Positions 29,401 to 45,358 of a stretch of DNA of 64,000 bases are shown here, in pieces. A program made the translations under genes and the position numbers. Below the pieces are notes generated by a model that worked only from the letters and a program-made list of their open reading frames with translations, was not told the origin of the DNA and searched no databases. The stretch lies in contig CAJFCJ010000007.1 in assembly GCA_904063045.1 (NCBI GenBank), positions 1,802,222-1,866,221 on the forward strand, given 5' to 3'. The DNA comes from Dimorphilus gyrociliatus. Taxonomy: Eukaryota; Animalia; Annelida. The number at the start of each line of letters is the position of its first letter. Position 1 is the stretch's first letter.

Positions 29401-32400
29401 GGATAAATACGATATCGTACGAATTCAGGTAAATTTAAGTTTAAAAATTTTGTTTATAAATTATAAATATGTTAACTCTTCAGTCTAAGGAACAAACTGT
29501 TAAACTAAATTTAAAAGGCCGACATTTGCCCAATGTGGGACAGGAATATATTATTGATATAAATGAAGTATATAAGTGTTTTTATGCACCAGGAAAAATT
29601 TTTTAATAAAGTATTTTACAGACTAGTTTCAGTAATATGGACGGAAGTGAAGTTGATAGGAGTGCTTTCATGCGCCTGTTATCTAATGTGGAGTCCATTC
29701 AGATTCAAGCAAATTGGATGATTCCTGTCGAGAAAGTATCCCTTAAAGGAGTATATCTAGATTCAGCTGATGAAACTGGCACTGGAAATATTGCTGAAAA
29801 TGTAGAACGTTGTGAATGCGAATCTCATTTTGTTGGAAATTCATGCGAGGTAAATTATTATTAATGTATAATATATTACACACAAGTTTTGAATAAACTC
29901 TTTCCATTAAAATTTTTTTAGAGATGCGATGATGGATATTACATTGACGGAAGTATCTGTCGACGATGCCTTGATAAATGTAATGGAAGATCTACGGAAT
30001 GTGACCCTCTAACTGGAGACTGCAAGGTTAGGGAGTTTTGCAAGTGTGAAAATATGCTAGATGTAATCTTTTTCAGAATTGTGAGATGGGATTCACTGGA
30101 CCAAAATGTATGAAATGTGCCGATGGTAAAGGTATTGATAGAATCACTGGAAATTGCGTCAAGTGTGCTTGTCCAACGGAACAAAACAGGTAAGATCTAT
30201 TAGTATAGGTAGTAAAGCTTTAGATTAAACATATGTTTTCAACAGTAACGCAAGAACCTGTAAAAATAGTCCATGGAACGGAAATGAAATGGAATGTGTG
30301 GGATGTAACGAAGGGTATATGGGAGAAAAATGCGAAATGTAAATGTGTATAGGGGAGTTTCTGTTGGGAATTATAATTTTTTTTTTATCACGCAGCTGTG
30401 CTCCTCACTACTTCGGTAATGCAATGGAAAGCAATTGCACAAAATGTGAATGTAATTCCAACGTTGATGAGAGTATCCGATTTCCGTGTGATAGACAGAC
30501 TGGAAAATGTTTAGACTGTCTGAATAATTCGACTGGTTGGAATTGTGAACGTTGTTTAGATGGATTTTTCGGAGATGCTATAATCAAAAAGAATTGTCAA
30601 AGTAAAGAGACCATCTGGTCTAGGAATTTATCAGCAATTTAAAGTTTTAAAATTTTTCAGAATGCCAATGTGATTCTAAGGGAACTGAGAAATGTGATTC
30701 TGAAACTGGTGTTTGCAAATGCAAACAGAATTTTGTCGGAAAGTTTTGCGATTCCTGTGAAGTAAGTTTACTTTAAAAATCTTTCTATTCATAAAGTAAT
30801 ATACTTTCAGACTGATCATTATCTCGCCAATAGTCTCACTTGTGAACCATGCAATTGTCCGGAAAAGCTAACGCACAATAATTCGTTAGATAATTTTTTT
30901 TGTTTAAATATTATGTTATTAACATTTCTTCTTTCAGTTGTAATGCTAATTCTGGACAATGCCCATGTAAAAGTAACCTTTTAAGTGGTCGAAGCTGTAG
31001 CAGCTGTAAAGATGGTTATTACGGAACCCCTTTAAACTCACAAAGCTCAACACTTTGTTACAGTATATACCTTCTTGCTTTCAAATAATTTAATTATAAA
31101 GTTTAATTTTCTTTAGAATGTGACTGTTATAAGAACGGTGCTAAAAGTTGCAATAAAGAAACAGGAGATTGCATGTGTGATGAAGGTCGTACAGGTGATA
31201 AATGTGAAAAATGTAAACCTGGATGGCTTGCGGTTGGAAATAAATGCCGAATATGTGATGAATGTGTTATGCTCCTGGTTAAGTTAGTATTAAATATAGT
31301 AAGGTACCAGAAACAGAAATATTTACTATCACAGCGACACCAAAGTTCTTCTTGAAAATATCACTTCGGTTAAGGACGATTTAGATGCTACACACGTAAG
31401 TGTAACGACTCTCACTCGCCTCAGAAAACTTAATGAAACAGTTTTAGAACTCTCAGTAAGAATATTTTTTCATAGTAATGTACTAGAGCATTCTTTTATA
31501 TGTACTATTCAACAGCCAAAAGTAGATGATATGGAAATAGTTAATAATGAAAATTGGAGAAATGATATGTTAAAAGAGAATAATACCCTTCACCAAATGT
31601 TTAATGATCTTTTCGATGACTCAATACAAAAGGTTCATCATCGTTCAACAATATTAGCAACTGAAAGCCAACAATTGGGTGACAGTGTTGGGAAAAATCT
31701 AAATCTTAAAAATCTGCTTGAGTCAGTTTCTAAAACAGTTGCCTACGTAATGAGAGTACACAAATTAATTAAACAAGGGGTTAATGCATCTGATGTAAAT
31801 CACTTGCTAGAGAATGCCAGAAAAGCACTCGATGAAATAGATAAAGTTGACATCAAAAATGATTGGATGTATACTAATTCAACATTAAACCTTTTACAAA
31901 CACGTAAGTTAATAATTGATAATGAGAATGTTTAAAGTAACTTTATATAAAATAAATTAGTTACAAGCGACGTAGAAGCTCTGCAAAATCAAACAGAAAG
32001 CAACTCCGACATTGTTAGTTCTTTAACAATGCGATTGAATCGTCTGATTGAAAAATTACATATAAGTGGTGATATAATGGAAAATCTCGATAGGAAGACC
32101 GGAGTGATTAAACTCAGACTAAAGGAAGTTTCTGGAGAAGTCACTGATTTAATGAATCAAGTATCGAGTTTGAAAAAGATAAATTCTTCAATATTCACAC
32201 TACACAGTGAATGTAAGAATAAACTTATGGAAAGTAAAAACTCTTATGAGCAAAATGAAAATGCTCTATCAAACCTAACAGAACAATGGTCTAAATTTCT
32301 TAATTTAAGAGATTTAGATATTTTATATAAGGAACTAAACGAGAGCAAATACAATTTGGATAAAAAGAGTGTGGAAGCATTTAGTCATTCAAAAAAATTA

Positions 32401-35371
32401 ATGAGTGATCACGAAGAAATAACGATGTTAGTAGTATAGCAAATCGCATTCATTTCATAAAGCTTGTATTTTAATATTTTTAAAATTAACCAAGATGTAT
32501 TATTATACTCAGTAGTGTAAATGATTAAAGCATAGAAGTGTATATAGTATTTTTTTCTTAGGTTGCTAAAAGAAACGTATAATAAGACTTATGCCGATGC
32601 TGCATCCACTGCCTATCAAACTATTGCAAATTTGTACAATAATGCTTCAAAAGAAGCCAAAAATGCGTTAGAATTGTCTCAAGAGTCTCTGATAAAAGTA
32701 ATTTGCATTTGACATATATAATGAACTTCCTTCAAAAAAATCTCTTTCAGTCAACAGATATGGAAAGTGATGCTCTGAATTCTGCCCAACAAAGTAATCG
32801 TACAATCGCCAATCTAAGAGAATCTTTGGGAGAAATTCACTGTTTGTATATCTTTTGTCTATAGCTAAAAAAATTGTACATATATCATTCAACAGATATG
32901 CAAAGGAGCGTGGCTAACATGAAATCTACTTCTGTATCTAAAATTGAAGACGAAACACGTGATCTCGAAGCCGACTTCGATAAATCGCTCAGAAAAAAAA
33001 TAAATGCTGCAGAAATGACCGAAAAAATTCAAAAATTGAATGATGAGGCTGATTCTCTTCAGTCAAACGTAAATGCTGGAAAAAAGAAAATGGATAAACT
33101 ACACGGCGATTTGAAAACTTTTCTTCTTAACGCAAGACAACTACAGGATGGTTTTTCAGATTCTACGGATGATTTGAACAAGATAGGATCCAATCTACAA
33201 AAGTCTGAGGCTCACGAAGCGGACATAATGAGAGAAAAGAAAACTCTGAAAACAAACGTTGACGAGTTGAAAACAGTTATGGATAAAATGCGAACAAAGC
33301 TTAGTGAAATGCGCCATCATATTGAAACAGCGAGAAATCTATTGAATGCAGATTTAGCAATATACTTTAATGGTACCAGTTATATACAAGCACATTATAG
33401 TCCAAAGGAAACTAATGTAACTCCGGAAAAAATGGTGCATAATAAACTTCATATGTCTGTGTTTCCTTTCGAAGGCGTCTCAGGAACTTTAGCGTATTTT
33501 GGTCCGTCAACCAGTAGTAACATTGAACTCAATGATTTCTTTTTGCTAGGAATTAAAGATAAAAAACTTGGTTTGGTGACAAAAATCGGAAAGAAAAAAA
33601 CATATCTTGATCTTGAAATTCCAGTTAAGAATATATTAGTAAATGATGTCACAGATAGGGCTGACTGGGTTGAAATAAAAGTTGAACGACAGGCCAACCT
33701 TGTAAAGTTATTAGTGGGAGATAAATCTAAAAACGTCACGGTTTCCAGTGAAGAAGATTTTGTTTTCGATCATACAAATACAAAAATATACTTCGGAGGT
33801 ATTCCGGAGAGTGAAATTCTCATAAATAAACTTTTAGCAGAGTATGGCTTCGAGAAAAATTTGTCCAAGGCCGGTATATGCTCTGGTATCGAATTCAACA
33901 ATTACATGCTCTCTCTATATAATTTTGATGATGCAGAGAATGTAGAAAACTATAAAAATACGTATGTATAATAAGATTTAATTGATCTTAACACTTGGAG
34001 ATATTTGATTTTCAGCAAAAAGAATTCTCCGGGGCCTCGTATGAAATACTTAGATGGAGAAAGCTATCTTATGGATACGTACACTAATAGTACTCCTCAT
34101 AATTCATATTTATTCAAAAATATTGAAGGAAATGGCATTCTCTTCACTTTAATCAGAAAAGATGCAAACAATACGTCCCCTATTTTTATCATACTTAAAG
34201 ATAAAAAGGTATACACTCAAATTTGATATATTGAAAAGATCAGAAAATACTTTTAATTTTACAGATCAACTTTCTTCATGGGAAACATTATTCAAGCTTC
34301 TTCCAGATTCCATTCGAAGATAAGGATAAGAATTATCCAATTAAGACATTCGGTCTAGAATTATCAATTGAACAAACTAAAAGAAATGTAGTCAGAATCG
34401 AATTAAATCAAGATGACAATGGGGATGATATACTAGGAGGAAGTGGTGAGTTTCAAACATAATTCCCGTTTACTTTTTCAGCTTGTGATATTTTTTAGCG
34501 ACTAAGGTCAAGTTGATGCCTGAACTAAAAAGATATTTCACAAATTTTGAGGGAAATGGTCACGTATTTGTTGGAGGTTCGCCTGAAATTTATAAAAAAT
34601 ATCTGAAGAAATTCACTGATTTGCCGAAGAATAACATAAAAAGCTGCTACAGTCCTCGATTGTATAGCCCCCTTGCAGGGAACAAAAAATTGTCACTTTG
34701 CCCAACAAGTGACTATCCAATAAAGATTGTATCTTTTCCTCGTGTAACGAATAATGCATATTTAACAAACAGTCGACTTAGCAATCTCAAGTTTAAAGAA
34801 TTTATCCTCACTGTTCGTTTTAAAGTATGGAGAAATAATTCAGACGGTCTTATATTAGTTATGAGTGAGATACCATCTTCTTCGCCAAGAATAATTGGAT
34901 TTTCAATGTATTTACTTGATGGTCGAGTTCATGTTCTCGCTCGAGTAAACAAAGACCCAATTCGTAAAATTATCAGTCAAAGTCCTGTAAATGATAGAGA
35001 ATGGCATTTTATAACAATTCTTAGGACTTCAACCGATCTCTCAATATTTCTTGACGATGGCTTACTAGTCAAACTCTTACCGAGTGGACATATGCCAGTT
35101 TTTTATTTGGGTGGTATAAAATCTGAAGCTCTGTATAAGGATTTAATACACGAAAATATAGACTCATTCAAGGGCTGCTTCGCTGACTTCACCTATTATG
35201 AAGCGTTAGTAATTTTTTCACAAATATTTGTAAAGTAATGTATTCTGTTACAGTGATATGGAGGATCATTCAACGGATAAAAAAGAATTTTATCAAGTTG
35301 TAGACTTCAAAAAAATGATGGAGAAACGCGATTCCGTGAATTTTGGAAAATGTTCGGATCAAGATGATTAG
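23412..35371 (+). CDS. LAMA5: Laminin alpha chain (alpha3/5-type architecture), about 35 introns
   Basis: Signal peptide, then LN domain (LFNLAAGSKITATATCG), many laminin EGF repeats (CxC..GxxCxxCxxGY/F), two L4/LF-type globular inserts, a long coiled coil (about 31300-33350) and three LG domains ending NFGKCSDQDD* (TAG 35369-35371). Orthology to alpha3 vs alpha5 is not resolved. Confidence 0.9.
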
Positions 35372-35430
35372 ATTAGTTTAGTTGTATGACATGAGATATA
35401 CTATATGCACTAAATAAATACATGATGAAA

Positions 35431-37372
35431 TTATGTAAAAGGTCGCAAGTGTTCAAGTTGTATCTCCAAAGCGATGCGCTGCTCCATAACTTCCTGTAAT
35501 TCTTGGTTTAATTCTGTATTTAATCTTGTTAGTGTAGAATTTCTACGCTTTTGTTTGCGCAACATCGATATTAATTCTTTTCTATTAGCATTCTTCAGTT
35601 GTTGACTTAGATCTCTTTCACTATCAATTAGATTGGCCTGTGCAGAAAGCTTAAATCAACAGGAATTAAAAAAATGATCTATTTATTATACTCGATTATA
35701 ATCTAAGGATACAGCTCGTCTATGTCTCTCCAAGGAGGAAATAGTTTGCTTAGCTGTTGCCTTTTCAAGGGAAGAGTAAGCAGTTACTGAAGTTGACCCA
35801 ACAGGTCTTGGAGGAACAGCAGGTGGCATACTCTTCGTCAAATCCAGGTTCTCTGCAGTTGTCACAATTCAATATTCAAATCATCTCTACTTTTATATTT
35901 ACCCCGAAGAAATATACCGCCAGAAAGTGTGTTATCCATAGAGGAACTCCTTGCATGTTTTGAACTCTCGTTAGTAATGGGGGGAGGCAAAATAACATTA
36001 GCTGTAGATCCATCTGTATTAGAAGATCCTTTAAATTTTTAATACAATACACGTTTTGATTTAAAAATAAATTACCAGGAGGTGCTTTTTTTGGTGTTGG
36101 TCTAGGTCTTGCTGTTTCATCATTTACGGCGGTATTTGCTGTTTAATTAATAGTTTAACTTTGATCGATAAGAATCATAAAAACATACAATCTAAAATAG
36201 TAGGTGAAGCCCGAACAGCAACCGGTTGCATGATATTATGTTCCTTTGTGAAAATATATATATATATATATATTATACAGAGAAGATACAATATATTCGA
36301 TTTTCGAATTGTCTCTGAAATATAGTAAATTTAATTACTCACTGGATCAGGTGCAATTGGCGCAAAATCAAAGTTAGTTGGCTTCACTGACGGAGAAGAA
36401 ACAGCTGAACTAGATCTACTATCAATTACTTGTTGCCAAATAACGGGACTTGGTGGAGAGATTCTTTTCATTGTTGAACCTTGAGGAAGATCTGAAGCAA
36501 ATGGTTCTTCGGAGAGGGGTACGTAAGGTGTGAGAGACGATGGTAACGAATCAGGCAGGTCAATTTTGTTCCGTCTCAAGACTACCAAGTGCATTGCTAT
36601 ACAAAATTCTTCTAGAGAAAGCAAACCATCTCCATTAAGATCTGATAGCTGCCATATTTTAGCCAATTCATGAACGGGTAATCGAGATTTTTCAAAATAG
36701 TCTTTCGCAACTGCTCCACTTATGGAGCCTTGTCTATCAGGTTGCATCGTGTGAAATTGTTTTGTGTAATAGTCCCTTTGCTCGTCAGTAATTGTCCATA
36801 TATCATCCATGCTATCAGTTTCACTTGAGGTTACTGAAGAGGAGTCTGTTCTTACATTCGTCCAGGAGGAATTACCGTCATTTCCTAATAAACCTTTATC
36901 GTCCCTACAATCTTCACTGTCGAAATTTTCCCAGGCATCAGTAGGAGGTGATTCATCAAAATCAGCATTATTATTATTGGCAACACTCATTTTGCTTCGA
37001 GATTTGTAAACGTTAAAACGTGGTAACGGTAAATTTTCGGCTGTATTCTTATCGTTCAGATTTTGAAGACTTACAGATTTGCCAGCCTGAGCTGCAGCTA
37101 TTAACTTTAGAGCAACGAAAAATTGAGTTTTCTCAACCCCATAAGCTGATATACCGCAGGTAATAAAAATCTAACGAAGAAAAAATTTAGTTTATGATGA
37201 AGATGCCACCGTATTGGCTTACCAACTGCAAGATATCGGACGGCAAACCAGACAGCACAAAGAGATTAGTAACTTTTTCAGCTACTGCAATATTTGATTG
37301 TCGGGATTCACAAGTTTTAAATAACTCTGTAAAATAGTTTATTTCTGGCTCACTCAACTCAATAGCGTCCAT
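35431..37372 (-). CDS. REPS1: RalBP1-associated Eps domain-containing protein (REPS1/2)
   Basis: N-terminal EH-like segment (MDAIELSEPEINYFTELF; QFFVALKLIAAAQAG), central EH domain (WTITDEQRDYY..WQLSDLNGDGLLSLEEFCIAMHLV), HARSSSMD, PPAVPPRP, and C-terminal coil LTRLNTELNQELQEVMEQRIALEIQLEHLRPFT*. Confidence 0.92.
36254..36273. repeat. (AT)n microsatellite in a REPS intron
   Basis: About 10 AT units, read directly. Confidence 0.85.
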
Positions 37373-37656
37373 TATCACTGATGAGAGTTAAGCCGAAAAA
37401 CATTCTGAAATTACCGTGGTAAGTAGACATTTTCAAAATGTAATTTTCGTATTTCAAGAAACAATACGAATAATCCGAAGCGTCAATATTTGACATAAAA
37501 AATTAGAAAAAAGGAACAAGTAAATTCTTCATGTAGAAATCAAATACGAAAATAACTCGATGTGCGTTCTTGTTCCCGTTGGCGCCATTTTGGTTTTGGT
37601 TCTCTCCTGAAAGCTTCTTCTGTGAGCTAAATTGCTTTACGCTAAATCTATTGGAA

Positions 37657-39157
<1,501 letters not shown>

Positions 39158-39243
39158 AATAGAAAGTGCGTTTGTTCTTTTTTGTCTTCTTACCGTTGTA
39201 GATATACTATCGCTTAATTTTAGTTTTTAATAAAATAAAATAA

Positions 39244-39858
39244 TTAAGAACTCCGTTGTTTAGTGGGCTTGCTCCCCTTAGGCATATTACACTGTTCACA
39301 GTTTCGAGCACTAGGTTCATTCAAAAAAGTACAATATTCACATCCCCATCGGTCGGTCCGCGTATCTAACACATTTGATCTGTTTAATAAATGCTGAGGT
39401 GGCGGAGTGCCTGGTGGGCGACAAACCCCTCCAAATCGATTTGGAGCAAAGCCTGCAAGTATATTTGAATCACCACGAGTCTGTGGTAGTGGAGGTCGAC
39501 ACTCATACAGGGGTTTCTGTGCATCTTGATGACCACAAGTATCAATTTCACGAGTTATTAACTGAATTCGCAACATTAAGTCTCTCTTCTCTTGATAAAT
39601 TTTATTGAGAGCGTCTTGACTTATTGTAGTAGTAGAACTACAATTTGCCAATCTTCTTCTGGCAATTTCTTTTTCTCGATCCTGAACGTCTTGCCGCAAC
39701 AATCCTAAGCGAGCTCTTGCAGCATTATTTTGATTCACCAAAAATTGTTTACTTCTAGCCTGCTCATAAAGTAGAGCCTCTAAATAATCCTCGTGTTGAG
39801 ATACATTATTTTTAGCATTCTTGTCTGAAAAGTCTAAATAAAACTGCTCCGACGACAT
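39244..39858 (-). CDS. TAB2: TAB2/TAB3-like adaptor (coiled coil + NZF zinc finger), intronless, 204 aa, no CUE domain
   Basis: YLEALLYEQ..RRRL coiled coil resembles the TAB2/3 TAK1-binding region. C-terminal WGCEYCTFLNEPSARNCEQCNMP is a TAB-type NZF. First ATG at 39858. Confidence 0.72.
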   Translation of the reverse strand: MSSEQFYLDFSDKNAKNNVSQHEDYLEALLYEQARSKQFLVNQNNAARARLGLLRQDVQDREKEIARRRLANCSSTTTISQDALNKIYQEKRDLMLRIQLITREIDTCGHQDAQKPLYECRPPLPQTRGDSNILAGFAPNRFGGVCRPPGTPPPQHLLNRSNVLDTRTDRWGCEYCTFLNEPSARNCEQCNMPKGSKPTKQRSS

Positions 39859-39918
39859 TTTGATCAACCGGTCTCAAACTTGAGCGGTATCGATAGTGAC
39901 CGGTTGAACAAAATGTCG
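39853..39918. repeat. 21-bp inverted repeat (1 mismatch) with 24-nt spacer containing the DRE TATCGATA; bidirectional promoter
   Basis: Left arm CGACATTTTGATCAACCGGTC (39853-39873), right arm GACCGGTTGAACAAAATGTCG (39898-39918). Each arm contains one start codon. TATCGATA at 39888-39895. Confidence 0.85.
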
Positions 39919-40496
39919 ATTGTTTATAGGTCATTGATAAATAACGTTGGTAAATTCGTTCCACGGAGATTACAACCGTTTTGGGAACATGAAGCAGGTA
40001 GAAAGAATAATTTTCAATATGATGTTATTAATAACATGTAATTTCAGGTCCAAAAACAATTTTTTTTTGGGCACCAGCTTTCAAATGGGTATACATTGGT
40101 TAAATAAGCATTATTTACTGTAATAAAACTTTGATTGTATTAACAGGGATTAGTTATAGCTGGTCTAGCTGACTATGCACGACCGGCTGAAAATTTGAGC
40201 CTCGCCCAATCCGTTTCCCTGACTGCAACAGGTATTTTCATTTTTTCGCGATGGTTATATAAGAGGTTATGAAGTGTCAAAGCAAACCTCTTTTTGTCAT
40301 CAACCGATTAATTATAAGATAGACAGTGTGTTACCTATCTGATTTTTCAGGATGCATCTGGGCAAGATATTCCTTAGTTATAATTCCCAAAAATTGGAGT
40401 TTATTTTGGGTCAACACTTTCCTGGCAATAACAGGATTCTCTCAAATTGGCCGTATATGGAATTATGAACAAAAAAAGAAAAAGGAGCAAGAGTAA
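39913..40496 (+). CDS. MPC2: Mitochondrial pyruvate carrier 2, 4 exons (absent from the ORF track)
   Basis: Spliced translation MSIVYRSLINNVGKFVPRRLQPFWEHEAG|PKTIFFWAPAFKW|GLVIAGLADYARPAENLSLAQSVSLTAT|GCIWARYSLVIIPKNWSLFWVN..NYEQKKKKEQE*. Confidence 0.93.
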
Positions 40497-40668
40497 AATA
40501 GACTTTTTCGAATTATTCTATTCTCTCTGTTTTGCATAACGTTAATAAATAATAAATTACTGATAAGAACTGATAATGTTAGTTGTGTTGACCTAGCAGA
40601 CCCACATTGTTTTATACTATATATAAGGCGTAGTTTTAAAATCACAAGCTAGACACTGATTACTAAAG

Positions 40669-45358
<4,690 letters not shown>

